Made by a program: the position numbers and the translations under genes. DNA of 63,401 bases, the filler included, from Hausera hauseri (Eukaryota): assembly GCA_046269625.1 (NCBI GenBank). It is 9 parts of 9 records of this genome, joined end to end, with 100 filler letters (N's around TTAATTAATTAA, not from the genome) between each part and the next. Parts side by side here need not be neighbours in the genome. Positions count along the whole stretch, not along the records: positions 27,145 to 33,939 come from JBJURY010064773.1; positions 34,040 to 40,713 come from JBJURY010076326.1; positions 40,814 to 45,194 come from JBJURY010608999.1; positions 45,295 to 54,693 come from JBJURY010387701.1; 5 more parts are not named here. One strand, written 5' to 3'. A model generated the notes under the pieces. It was not told the DNA's origin and searched no databases. It was given only the letters and a program-made list of their open reading frames with translations. Below are positions 32,723-45,652 of the stretch, piece after piece (positions within the stretch are counted from its first letter, which is position 1; each line of letters opens with the position of its first letter).

Positions 32723-33214
32723 ATGACGATAGGATTTATAGATTTTGAAGCTTTGCAAAACGATAATGCCCGGTACATAATAAAGGAATTATGCATTATG
32801 GACGTCGGTAACATTTTCAAACCGACTGTGCACATATTCAAGCCCGGTTTTGAGTGGAATGACATGATGGAAAAGCCGAAATTTACAAACGGATTTCTAT
32901 TTTAACATCGTCATGGACTTCATTGGTATGAAGGCAATTCAATTTTTTGTGTGCCTTGTATTGTGGGAGAGATTTATGATCGTTTTGTCATTGAAAATAC
33001 AATAATTTACATTAAGGACCAAATTGACAGACAAAAGTTTACACAACTCCATTCACAATTTCCCGAGTTGCGAATGACGCCGTATTCAACATCGAACAGC
33101 TCGCTGGCGGTGGTACCTGACAATATTAGATGTCCGTATCGTGATCAAGACCGCATTGTGTTTACAAAAAACGTCTACGGTTTTTTACTAACTATATTTC
33201 ATACAAATAAATAA
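32723..33214 (+). pseudogene. DEDD-family exonuclease-like protein
   Basis: FIDFEA...YIIKEL and HGLHWYEG motifs, common in Maverick and viral DnaQ-like ORFs. Confidence 0.6.
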
Positions 33215-33237
33215 ATGTATTTTTCTGTTTCTTTCTT

Positions 33238-33360
33238 GATGCAGTATTCATAATGTGCGGTCATCTCGTTGTTTGCCAGATTTGTTCAACCAAAGTAACC
33301 AACCAATGTCCAAAATGTAAATGTGCTATAATGAAAATTGTACACATTTATTACGAATGA
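33238..33360 (+). pseudogene. IAP-type RING finger fragment
   Basis: AVFIMCGHLVVCQICSTKVTNQCPKCKCAI. Confidence 0.6.
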
Positions 33361-36300
33361 CTTCAATAACGGAACGGATCAATGACATGGAGGTAATTTG
33401 TATCATTCTGATGAGACAATACTCACAATGTAAATATCTATTGTTTACAATGAAAGCAAACCGGTATGAACAAATTTGATATAAATAGAGATGCAATTTT
33501 ATTTCACGTTTGTCTTCTTTAAACAGTGACTTTGGAGAACAATTCAGAAGGTGACAGTTCCGTGAGTCTCTCAGAAAAGCCAAGGTACAGCGAATATTCG
33601 CTCAAAAATTCCCGGCTGTATAATGGTTACAATTAACATTATCTGCGCAACGATATTCAATTGCCACTGACGCAAAATGTCAAAATCAAACCGGCGAAAT
33701 ATGGTCTATTAAGGAAAAAGATTAGCAACAATGATTTGAATACAATGGAAGACACAATTAGAAAAGCTGGCAGTGACTTGGTATTGACTAACGATATCCG
33801 AGACATGGTGGAGAAGCAACAGCAGCAGTTTTCCACCGGAAGGAGCTAAAGGCTACCTGACACTGAAACTCAAAGGATTTAAGGAAAGGAGCGGCATCAA
33901 ATCCCCAATATAAAAAATGTTGAAGTTTACTATGATTAANNNNNNNNNNNNNNNNNNNNNNNNNNNNNNNNNNNNNNNNNNNNTTAATTAATTAANNNNN
34001 NNNNNNNNNNNNNNNNNNNNNNNNNNNNNNNNNNNNNNNATATAGTAGCATAGCAAATGTACAGAATCACGTATAAAATAAAATGGCAACGAAAGTTTCA
34101 ATCATGGTGGTTTGTTTAGTCAATTAATCATAAACTAACAAAAATATCAATTATATCTACATATACATCAATTTATTCTTCTTACCCACAACGTCATCAT
34201 CTCCATTACGTGTTCCTGTTGTTGAACTAATTGGTAAATTCATATTCAGCGTTATGAGGAGAATTTATGATAAGTTAGACAATGAATTCTTTTGAGATTG
34301 GGAAAACTCGCCGTCGTACAATGAGTTCGATAATATCGGATATCGGTTGTATCGCTAGTTTCAAAATCACCCGTGATTTTTAATGGATCGGAATAAAATT
34401 AACATAATTTTCTAATATTTTCATACTCCTGATCGTAGAAAGTGCCGATTATGATCACACAATATCGTCAAGACTTTCCATGGCAAAATGGTTTCGAAGT
34501 AACAAATTGAAAACGTTATTAATTGTGTTTAGAATTTCCGACGGTATTTATACAGTCGGGAATTTTGTAATTACAATAATTAAAAATACACTGTCTTAGC
34601 TTCCATTTGTTAAATTGAAGATTTTGGACACTTTTTTCATCTGTATGTGCTTTATAATTAATATTAACTAACATTTTAAAATTTTACACACGCGCAGTCT
34701 ATTTATATTTTTTCAACCAATCAGAATGCCGCATGCTAATGAAATTTAGTATAAATACAGGTCGCCATTGGAAAGAAATCTTTTTTGTTCAAAAATGGAA
34801 TATAACGCCTGCTGTCTTCGATTAGATGTTGACAATAATAGTAAAGTCATAATTATCGATCCAAATGAAGAAAACAAAGCCATAATTACTGATGAAACTA
34901 TTGTGAATGGCTAAATAGCTGATTCAACTGAAGAATTTGATGAAAACAAAATAGCCGATGATGAAATTATTATAGATGAAACTGTTGCATATGAACAATT
35001 TAATGAAAACAGTATTAAAGTATCTGATGGTTTAATTATAATGGATGAAACTGATGCGGATGACGTAGCTGATTCAACTGAAGAAGAAGAATATGTTGAA
35101 AGTGAACCTGTGATAAGCGTATAATTTTATATTCAATATAATATATTTAATTATTTTAATGGGATTGTGAAAGTTAAGATGAAAGCAAAAGAACGTTTGA
35201 TGAATATGTCGATCAACTAACAATGATCTACCAGTATAATGCCTGTGCTACTGAAACTGTCACTTATGAAAAGGATTTCGATATTACCAATTTTCTTAAA
35301 CAATTAAGTGATACAATTGAAAGTAGTATATTTCACAAATCAAAAATTATTCCTGAAGCCAAATTACTAACTGCCGTACGAGAACATATTCAGTTATTTG
35401 CTTGATGCATGATGATTTACGATATTATAATGAAACTTGGTACAAAAGAAATGGAAGGAAGACAGGAAGAAAAAATTCCAACTTAATTAAAAGACTAACA
35501 ATCATCTTTGCATGTGTAATGTATTTATTAATAAACTGTATTTATTAATAAAACTGAATGTAGTTTAATGTTAAATAAATTTTTATGTGTTGCGTGTTCT
35601 TACTTTGACAGTTTTTACTCATGTTGTAGAAATAACAAGACACTGCATACAAAATAAAAAACAAGTCACTGAATACAAAATTTATTATATTACAAATGTA
35701 CAAAAATTCAATGTCCATATTTATTAAATTCAACAATCACATTGTTTAGTTCATTCTGACTGTTTTCCAATTCTTCTACCATTCTGATTATTTTATCAAT
35801 CATCGGACTAACATTAATCAGTCTACTTCGTATTACCTCCAACAGAATCTCAGGTGCTACATACACAAGATCATCTGACGTAGTAAACAAGTTCTGCACT
35901 TCATGTAATCCTTGATGAATTTCTTCTTGTTTCAACTTAATCACTGCTGAATAAACAGTCATTTTTGATTTAAATAAAGCCAACATATCTGAACTAATTG
36001 GTTGAGACATTTTCATAAGTGACTGTGGTGCCTGCGGCGGCCGGTGCCCTTTGGCCCATTTGGTCGGGCACTTCCGGGCCTCCGTTGCAGTCGCGTCGGA
36101 CCCATAGGCGGGTCCCGATCTTCTACCCCGAAATGTTTGGTTCTGAAATTCCTCCGAGTTTTGAAATCAACTTTCAATGAGACGAATACAATATCATTAG
36201 CTACACTGGATGCATTTTCTATGTAAAGAAAGAAAAAGTCTATTGAAAGTATTCATTCCGGTGTAACAAGAACAAAATTTTTACATTTCTTTAGGTCATT

Positions 36301-36599
36301 GTATGTTCCCAAACCTATCTCATTGTTAATGTAAATATTACCACTGCAAATAACAAAACATTTACGCTTTCTGTTTGTATATGTTATCCAAATTTTGGGC
36401 GCATTCTTATTTTCAGACTATTGTCAATATTGGAAGATAAATTAAAGGAGCTACCAAATAACGATCTGCCATCACTAGGTGTTACTACGTTACTTGATCC
36501 TAATTCAGACAGATGAAGAAACATAATTCACTAAACATGTTCTTATCTATCACTTAAGCTTCGTGATCATCAATCTTCATGCGACCACTTAAACGCAGG

Positions 36600-37476
36600 A
36601 CGACAGAGATATTTCAGCAACTACACCGCAAAAGTACAGTGTATGTTCAGCGACAAATCTACGAGTCGTGATCTGAATAACCGGTTTTTGATGAGTCCGT
36701 AAAAGAAATGTGGTGCTATCGATGTCAGTGTTATGGTTCTCAGCTCCAATTCATGGCCATGTAGTACACAGGAAAAGAGTGTTCTAAACCAAGAGCCAAT
36801 TACTTTTTATCAGTCATTCATCGAAATTTTCAGTACAGCTCATACCGGAAAAGAGCTTAGTTAATGCTTCAATGTAGGAAGAGGGGTCTACACATCAAAT
36901 AGCCATATTAGTCCTGTTTAACAAAAGTCTTTCTCATTCCGTTCAAGATATCATGTGTGCAACTCCATTAGATTTCAATATTGTCAGTCGGATTCTACAA
37001 GTATTTCTCCGAGGAAAGGTATTAATAATCAATAATTCCAAACATTCCCTCGAGTACACATCTAAAATGGAGGCACCTTTAAACTTAGAAACAGAAGAAG
37101 TTCCAGACATTAGTCAAGATACCGTCGTTTATTTATACACCGATTATGAAAACAAAAGAATTCTGGTCAATCTGGATTTACAGTTAAAAGGAGAAACAAG
37201 GCTAGAAGTGGAGAAAGTCGTATCGCGATTTGACATCGATTGTAAAATGGCAATTGAAGCATGTATCGTCCGAGTGATCAAAACGAGAAAAACGTTAAAA
37301 CATCAAGAATTGGTCGTGAAATGCTCGAACAACTTTCATACAAGTTCAGTCCTCGAGTCGCACTGATTAAGCGATGCATATCGAGTCACATTGAGAAAGA
37401 GTGTCTCAAACGAGACAGCAACTGCAGACACGCACCAAATTCTTGCCCAATTATTGAGTCAAAGTTCCTGAGATAA
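36600..37476 (+). pseudogene. Cullin (Cul1-like) C-terminal processed pseudogene
   Basis: MFSD, VLSSNSWP, HTGKEL, AIEACIVRVIKTRKTLKHQEL and IKRCI..IEKE.L.R; no visible introns; frameshifts. Confidence 0.85.
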
Positions 37477-38798
37477 GCTTTGTGGAAATTGTGTTTACAA
37501 CGCCAATAATCGTAAGTTAGACATACATACGTACCCCGTTCTATTCTGATTCTGATTTATTTGTGTGTAATTAACGCCCCTCAGTTATCTTTTTGAGTTG
37601 ACTTTGCCAGATTCATTGACTGTTTTGTAATTAATTGAGAATGTGAATAGGCGATATTGTTTTAAATGATTTAACATTTTGAAATAGTTGTTTTCTTTTG
37701 GAATTTCAATTTAAATCTTATTTTGATACTCCTGAAGGATTTGTCATTTCGTTATTTTGGATTCAATTTGGTCATATATTCTGCATAATTGAGTCAACGT
37801 TGCAGGTTACATTTTATAAAACGCTGAGCAAATTCTGAACGATAAACGAGTTTATGGACAAAACCCTTCGAAAATTTGTTGACGTTTTTGATTCAAACAC
37901 GGTCATTGCGTGGAACAAACTACGATGTATGATAGTCAGAAGTCTGGAGTTATGCATTAAATCATTGTGCAGCGCAACCTGCTCAGATTATCTTTTAGCA
38001 TGTGATGCAGGAAATTTCAGTGATCAATATTTATGTGCATCAATTGTTCATGAATATTTATGGGTACGCACTCGTTTGACAACTCACGATGGAGTTAAAC
38101 TATTTTCATTTCGATATAATGGCGCATTTTCGGAAGTTCAAGAGCTCTTGGACCATGCACAAAGGGAGTGGTTAGAAAGAAAATTCATGATCACCATCAA
38201 ACTCGGTGCACAAATCGTCGATGTCAACGAACTTGAAACTAATAGTGACACTTTCATATGGTTATTTATAGAATCTTTACAAAATTTAAACAAAGTGTGG
38301 TTGGAATAGTGAAACCATAATAAGGCCACAATGCTTTGTTCTCGGGGGTGGGAATAGTGAAACCCAGTTGGCATTAGAAAATGCTTTGTTCACAGCCAGA
38401 ATTTAAACAAAAAAAATTTTGGCACGTCAAAATCAAATTTTTAAACCACTTTCAATCCATACAGTACGCCTGCTTGTGTTTATTACTGTGTGCTTACCAT
38501 CTCTGCCCTATTAACCGTGCGTGTGTGTAGCATTTTCCCTACTCATGACTCATCCTGGAACCACTTCGTTTCTTTTCTTCCCTGGGGGAGGGATTGGTGC
38601 CATGCGCTCACTTCTATCTACTGAGGGCTTCTCTGTGATTTCGGTGTTGCATTCTTAGGTGATTGGTTCAACGGGTCTTGCAATGCGTCTGGTTCTTGCT
38701 GAGCTTTCGGGTTTCTTGATACCACTTGATAACTGATTTTGATATATTTTTGAATCCCTTCTTGTTAACTCCCTTTACTATTCAACACTTGACTATTT

Positions 38799-39815
38799 AT
38801 GGAAACCTTTATTGGAAAATACGAGAGATACTTTGACTTCATAAAGATGTCGGAGACGGACCGGGAAACTGCGATCCTGTGCCTATTTGTGGACGAGGCA
38901 TAGGAAAAATACCATTTAATGAGCCAGAAGGTAAAAGGTTACCAAAACCGGTTGACGAGGGCCTTTGAAAAACCCACAACGCTGTGTGGTGATCTGCGGG
39001 AAGCATTGAACTACAAAATGAATGGGTCAGAACCTGATGCCTACTTTAACAAAATCGAACAGCTGGTGAAGGGCATCCTCAGCCACAAAATAGCAGCGGA
39101 AGCTCTAACAGAGGAATTAATGATCCACTGTTGCGACATTCCAGAAATGAGAAAGGAAATCTACCGCAGTGACGAAAAAAGCGTCGAAGAAATCAAAGAG
39201 AAAATACGGAAAGTCGACGAAGTGACAACAAAGACGTAAGAAATAAACACAGTCAGAGAATACACTAGAGATAGTCGACAGAGTTACCGAGATGTGATGG
39301 TACATAAATTTGACAAACAAAGACAGAAAAGAAGGGATTTCATACTGCACAATACACAGGTAAAGAGTAAGATAAAATGCTGGTCATGCCAGAAAAAAGG
39401 GCATGCAAGTCGGACATGCAACCTCCAACAATTACCAAGATGTTTTGGTTGCGGAAAAGAAGGACATATTAATAGGAATTTCCCGGAAAGAAAACCCATA
39501 ATCTGGTATGGGTGCGGTCAGCAAGGACACATAGGACGAAAATGCATAAACATAAAATGCAATCAATGTCACAATAGAGGGCACAGGGAAGAAGAGTGTT
39601 ATACAAAATTGAACAAGAGCAGAAGGGAACAAAATAGGTATACCGACAATTTCAAACTTGCGGGATATGGTCAGAAAAGATATGGAGAAAGGGCGAACAT
39701 CAGGCATGCATGCGTTGCAAATAATGATGAGGACTATGAAGAATCCATCACAGAGTCGACAAACCCAAAAGGCAGAGCCTCGACAGAAGTGGAGCTAATC
39801 GGTGCATTACATTAG
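38799..39815 (+). mobile_element. LTR retrotransposon gag with tandem CCHC zinc knuckles, disrupted
   Basis: CWSCQKKGHASRTC, CFGCGKEGH, YGCGQQGHIGRKC and CNQCHNRGHREEEC. Confidence 0.85.
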
Positions 39816-39868
39816 ACAACTCCAAAGGCTCCCAAAATATTCAAAGGAAGGGACAAGGCATTGAAGAA

Positions 39869-40713
39869 GTGAAGGAAAGAACAGAAGAAAAGGTACGGAG
39901 GTTCATAAAAAAGGAAATTTTTGGGGACAGAAACAAAGAAATACCATTTACAGAAAGTGAAAACGAGAGTCTCCATGAAGAAAGGATTTTTTCCCTGCAA
40001 GGACTGTCGGAAAAGCAGATCACGTACAATAAACTACAAGGACGCCCAGGTATAAAAATAAAGGTATAAGATAGATGGGAAGACTGCCTATTGGACACAA
40101 GAGCACGGGTGAACGTGATGAGTAGGAAAATTTTTGAAAGATTGACAGATGTCTAGCTGCAGAAATCAGATATTATACTCCGTTGAGCAAATGGTAGCCA
40201 CTAGATTGCATGGCTGAACTGTTCGTAAATGTGGAATTCAAAGGTGTACAGAAGCACGTAACTTTCATAGTAGTGACAGACATATCACCAAAAATAATTA
40301 GAGGAATGGAACAATAAAAGTCTTTTGGAATCGAATTATGTTGGCGACAGAAAGATGAGGAAGAAGAAAAGTATAATATATGCAAATTAGTAGCAAAATT
40401 TGGGCGAAAAGTGACGAATGAAGAACGATTCAAAAGAGCGAAGAAGATTCTGCGGATAAACCAAAACTCAGCGGTATGGGACATAGTGCGGATGAACCAA
40501 GAAGTCTTCATTGCGGAAAAATGAGATATAGACTGTACAACATTGATCGAGCATAGAATAGACATAAAAGGCGCACCAGTTAACATAAAACCGCATAGAC
40601 AGTCAGTGAATCTAGGAAACAAAATAGATGAGTCTCTCCAAAACTTATGGGAAAACAATATCATCAAGAAATGTAATTCACCTTGGAATACTCCGATGAT
40701 CTGCGTCTGGAAG
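39869..40713 (+). mobile_element. Ty3/Gypsy pol start (protease, RT N-terminus), disrupted
   Basis: CLLDTRARVNV protease motif; IEHRID..P...II..CNSPWNTPMICV. Confidence 0.8.
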
Positions 40714-41358
40714 NNNNNNNNNNNNNNNNNNNNNNNNNNNNNNNNNNNNNNNNNNNNTTAATTAATTAANNNNNNNNNNNNNNNNNNNNNNNNNNNNNNN
40801 NNNNNNNNNNNNNAAATAGCATCTGAATTACAAAGCACAAAATAAATACAACGACGAGTACATACAAATGAAGTAAAATACGAGCAATCAATCACAGACC
40901 AGATGGAAATCAACAGTGAAATTCATTTTCCAAAATGCAGCAAAATCTTTACAAAAAAACGTCAATATAACTAAAAAATTTTGGTATAGAAATACACTAA
41001 CACAGAAATGTATATTTGATCAAAAACCCACTCAAGAAATCTTAAGTGTCAGGATGTGTGTAAAATAAAGAAAAATTGTAATCATTCATCGGTTTTGTGA
41101 ATTTATCACCAGAACTAATGATGCTCATGAACGAATATGTCATCGAGGTTTGTCAGAAGCAGATGAGTAAAGTGAATGAATATGTGGATCTGACTCACTG
41201 CGATTTGATTACGAGACCAAATCAAACTAGGTGCGAAAACAAGCGAGATTCTGCAGGGACATTCTATTGCATTTTTCACCACCCAATAACCCCCAAGCAA
41301 AACCCGAGGAAAAGGGAGGCGTTAGGTTCCGGACTTGCGCGCCGCCCGGGGAACAACA

Positions 41359-41712
41359 AACTCCCGATCTTGTCCGGCCAGGCGGACCAGGGACAAACCT
41401 TGTGGGCATCACAATTGGGTTTCGGAAAACCTGATTTGAAAATAATATTGAAAGTGTAGCGAATATGAAACTGAATAATGCATTTAATCAAATGTAAATC
41501 TATTCGAGTATAGTTGCGCCAATAATGGTAGGATCAGATCGAGTTTCTCTTTTAAAATGTGTTTGGGTAGATGGTTCACAATTCAAATGTAGTGATACAT
41601 TATACATTGCTCCGATTAATCAATTGTATTTGCCTGTTTCATCAACAAGCATAAGCAACTCTCGATCTTATCCAGCCAGGCGGGCCATAGGGCAAACCAT
41701 GTGAGCACCATA
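41359..41712 (-). repeat. Two diverged copies (41359-41413, 41657-41712) of a GC-rich motif related to the TGTGGTGCC family
   Basis: AACTC.CGATCTT.TCC.GCCAGGCGG.CCA...CAAACC.TGTG.GCA.CA is present twice. Confidence 0.55.
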
Positions 41713-42499
41713 TCACCTCCCGTGGCTAAATTAAAAAACTGTAAAGCACGACAAAAGGCGAAACAGAAGCGCGAAAAGATGAAAGTATATTTAAAGGTGG
41801 GCTGTTTCAAGGCGTTCAGTGCCCTGTTGCTATTTTACTCTGCAATATTTGTTGAATCTTACGGTTTTGCATGCTTGTATACGTGGTTTGTTTGTTTGAA
41901 GCTGATTTAGGTGTAAAACCGATGTTGGTTTTGGGATTGTGTTGGGTGAGGGTCGAAGTGAAGAAGTAAAAGGTGTCAAAGGAGGATGAGACGAAGGATA
42001 AGAGGGACTAGAGTTAGAGAGAGGCGGAAGTTGTCAAGTGGAAATGAGAGGAGTTGAAGATGGTATGTTAGGAAGACGGAGGAAAGAGAGCGCCTGAGAT
42101 GACGAAGGTATGTAAGAAGAAAGAGAGAGAGAGAGAGAGAGGGGACGCCGAAGAGGGGCAAGACGGAAGAGAATAAGAAAATGAAGAAGGTAAAGGAGAG
42201 GAGTTGGAAGGTGACATGCAAGAGGTTGGAATGATGAAAGGCTAGATGGGGAGATTGATGAAGTAGAAGTGGTGATTGGCGAAAAAGTCCCGTAGGTGTG
42301 GAAAGCAGGTTGTCACCAGTGGATGAAGGAGATGTTAAGAGGCTTGAAAGTTCAGAATCGGATGGGAAAAAGGGATGAACTGTCAGAAAAAGTGGAAGTA
42401 GAAGGATTGAGAGAAAAAGTAGGGAAAAGTGGATTAAAGGATTGAACAGAAATGGGGGGTGAATATTGAAATGCTGAGCATCGCGTAAAGATGTTGATG

Positions 42500-45000
42500 G
42501 AGAAATGGTCTCGATGAGGGACGTATCGTCAATGAAGAAGGCCGGCTTAGCGTTGTTGATGTGGACTGTCACTTTTTTGTCGTCATTAAGGATGATGACG
42601 TTGTGGGAGTGTAAAGACATTACTTTGTAAGGCCAACATACTGAGGTTGAAAACCACACGGCCTCTGATACTTTAGCCATTCGAACTTAGCAGTATATAA
42701 ATCGTCGGGTATGTAGGATTTATTGCCGTATAACAGTCTATAAAATAAGTCTTTGCTGATCGCAACAAAGTGTCTCTGAGCCGCTTGTATGGTTTTGTCT
42801 GTAGTAATATTATCCAGCTCAGCCAGCTCGAATAATGGTCTGATAAAAGTACCAAATAATGCTTCTGCAGGTGAACAACCTGTAGAAGTAGATTGTGTGT
42901 TCCACCAGTCAAGCAGAACGGAAGGAGTGTGGTCCAACTGCTATTGGACTCAGCAAGGATTTTAACAGACGCTTTCATCGTTCAGTGGAAGCGTTCGAGA
43001 AGGCCATTTGATTGAGGATGATAAGGTGACGTGTGAATATGGTTAATTCCCAATCGATTGACAAGAGCTTTAAACAGGTTGGATTCAAACTGTGGGCCTT
43101 GGTCATAGATGATGTGGCGAGGTGATCCAAACCTGCTGATCCAAGTGCGGATGAAAATATCTGAGATTGTATCTGTGTTGGTGCATCGAAGCGAGATAGC
43201 CTCTAGCCATCGCGAGGCACAGTCCATCATAGTGAGGATGAACTGATGGCCGTTGCCTATGGGTAGTGGGCCTACAAGGTCAATGTGAACAGATTCAAAA
43301 CGAGACATGAGGGGAAAATGATATAATGATGGCTTTAAATGCTTAGTAACTTTGTATTTTTGGCATGCCACATACTACCTAACCCATGCCTGTATGTCAG
43401 AGCGCATCGACGGCCATACTACTTGGTGTTGTAAGAGTCGAAAGGTGGCCTTGGCACCGGGATGAGGCAACGAATGGATGTTGTTGAATGTTTCTATTTA
43501 AAGAGATTCGGAAAGGATGATTTTAGGATTATTAGGTTTGGAGATATCAAAGGCCACACAGTCGATGGTTTTGCACGATTTAAAAGACTTAAGGATGTCA
43601 AGAAGTGGCTGGTTTTGTTGCAGTTTGGATTGAGGGAAAATTGGTGTAAAATCAATCGAGCTGACAGATCGGGACAAAAAGTTAGCTGCCAAATTGTCGA
43701 CTCCGTTTAAGTGCTTAATTTCAAAATTAAATGTTGACAAATACGATATGTGCCTCTCCTGACGTGGAGAAGGCGATTTCATGGTAAGAATTCGAAGCAA
43801 GGGCTTATGGTCCATTTGTATTGTAAAGGTTCGTGCGGTTAGCAGATGCTTAAAGTGTTTTACGGCAAGGACCATTACAAGCAGCTCTCTGTCAAAGGTG
43901 GAATATCTTTGCTCTTGTGCTGTGAATTTTTAAGAAAAGAATTCTAATGGCTCATGAGATCAATTTTTAAATTGAAGGTGGATAGCTCCTGCAGCTGTTG
44001 TAGATGCATCTGTGGTTAAGAAGAGTTCTTCATGGGAGTTGGGATAGACCAGGATTTCCACAGCTTTTAGATTGTCTTTGAGGTGATCGAAAGCGTTGAC
44101 TGGCTCGGCGGTCCATTAAATAGGCTGATTTTTCTTGCCAGAGCTTAGTGACGCAAATGGAGCGGCTAGAGTGGAGCAGTGTAGAATATACTTGTGATTA
44201 ATGTGCAAGGTTCCGAGGAAAAAACGCATCTTTGTTGATGTACATTGTAGCTGTATGTTTTTGAGCTGTGATGCGCTCTGGCTAAGGTGAATGTCCGGAA
44301 GAGCTAATAACATGTTCTAGGAAGTTGACCTTATGTTGAAAAAAGGAGCATTTGAAGAAATTAATTTGCAAATTGTTTTTGTGCAAACGCTGGAAGATTA
44401 AACGTAAGTGTTCGAGTGTTGTTTCGAGGAAGTTGATGCAATTATGATATCATCTATTTATGGGATAAGCAAAGTCTAAACCTGGGAGAACTGTATCAGT
44501 ATACCTTTGGAAGGTCTGGGAAGCGCTACGGAGTCCAAAAGACATGAAAAGATATTCAAAAAGGCCGAAAGGTGTAATGACAGCTGTTTTCGAAATGTCT
44601 GCTGGGGCTACCGGAATTTGTTGGTATGCTTTGTGCAAATCAATGGAAGAAAAATGGTGGAACAATGGAGCCTCTGAAAGATGTTGTTGATTAATGGCAG
44701 AGGGTAGGCATCCATTATTGTTATAGTGTTGAATTGGCGGTAATCATCGCATGGGCGAAAGGTACCATCTTTTTTGGAACCACATGTAGTAGTGAAAACC
44801 AAGGGGATTTGTATCTTCTGATTATTTCTGATTTTTCCAATTCGAGAAACTTAGCCTCCACTGCCTGTCTGCGGTGAGACGACAGTGGGCGGACCTTTTG
44901 ACGTATTGGTCTTTGATGTGCTGTTACTATGTGATGGAAGGTGGATTTAGGTAATACTAATAATTTGTTCTTTTGTGACAAACGAGTGCAGGAAGACGAA
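42500..45000 (-). mobile_element. Decayed Ty3/Gypsy pol (RT, RNase H, integrase)
   Basis: IDLHKAYQQI..KTAVITPFGLFE, DHKPL, VHIDLVGPLP, DQGPQFES and HPQSNGLLERFH. Confidence 0.9.
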
Positions 45001-45652
45001 ACATGTTGCTGTAAGTCAGAGGGCAAAGATGAAAAGTTTTTAAATGGTCTCGATGCATCGTGACTGGATGCAGTTGAAGTATGAGTTGTAGACAAGGTGT
45101 TGTGACAAGGTGGTATTAGGTGCAGGATGTTTGTGTTGAAGATAGTGTTGGCAGATGTACTATCAGTAATGGGTGCCACGCAGTTGGCAATATCNNNNNN
45201 NNNNNNNNNNNNNNNNNNNNNNNNNNNNNNNNNNNNNNTTAATTAATTAANNNNNNNNNNNNNNNNNNNNNNNNNNNNNNNNNNNNNNNNNNNNGTTTTT
45301 TTTTTTTCCTTTTCCAGAAGTGTTGGGGGGGGGGGACTTTTTTTTTTTTTTTTGCATAGGTCCTTCTATACTTTTATCTGATATAGCTTTGAAACTAATT
45401 ATTGTTCTCAAGAGATTTTAATACCTAAATCTGACTCAATTACTACAATAGCATTAATGATGATAATAACAATAATAATTATTTCATTTAAATATATCTA
45501 TGCTTCAATCTCTCCATAGCACCAAAATCCTCACATACACCATGGCAGTTTATTTTTAATCTTTAATTTGTAATATTTAGGTTTTATGATTGAAATTCTT
45601 TCCACTCAGATCATTCCAATTATTTATGCTCAGATATTCTTTTATTTTATTT

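Larger units (their letters stand above)
27145..33939. mobile_element. Decayed Maverick/Polinton (adintovirus-like) element, partial
   Basis: Co-located rve integrase with chromodomain, packaging ATPase, minor-capsid-like remnant, QxGG-F small protein, dUTPase and DEDD exonuclease. Confidence 0.88.

Noticed and set aside
37854-38309. 151-aa ORF
   Set aside because: Plausibly coding, but no family could be recognised, so it was not annotated.
38700-38735. TTATCA-AG-TGGTATCA on the minus strand, an LTR end plus tRNA-Met-like PBS
   Set aside because: Only about 8 nt match and no associated ORF recognised; insufficient support.
41976-42480. Hydrophobic 234-aa ORF resembling a membrane protein or env
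   Set aside because: The Leu/Phe/Ser richness comes from a low-complexity purine/pyrimidine-skewed tract after the integrase; no glycoprotein cysteine pattern.
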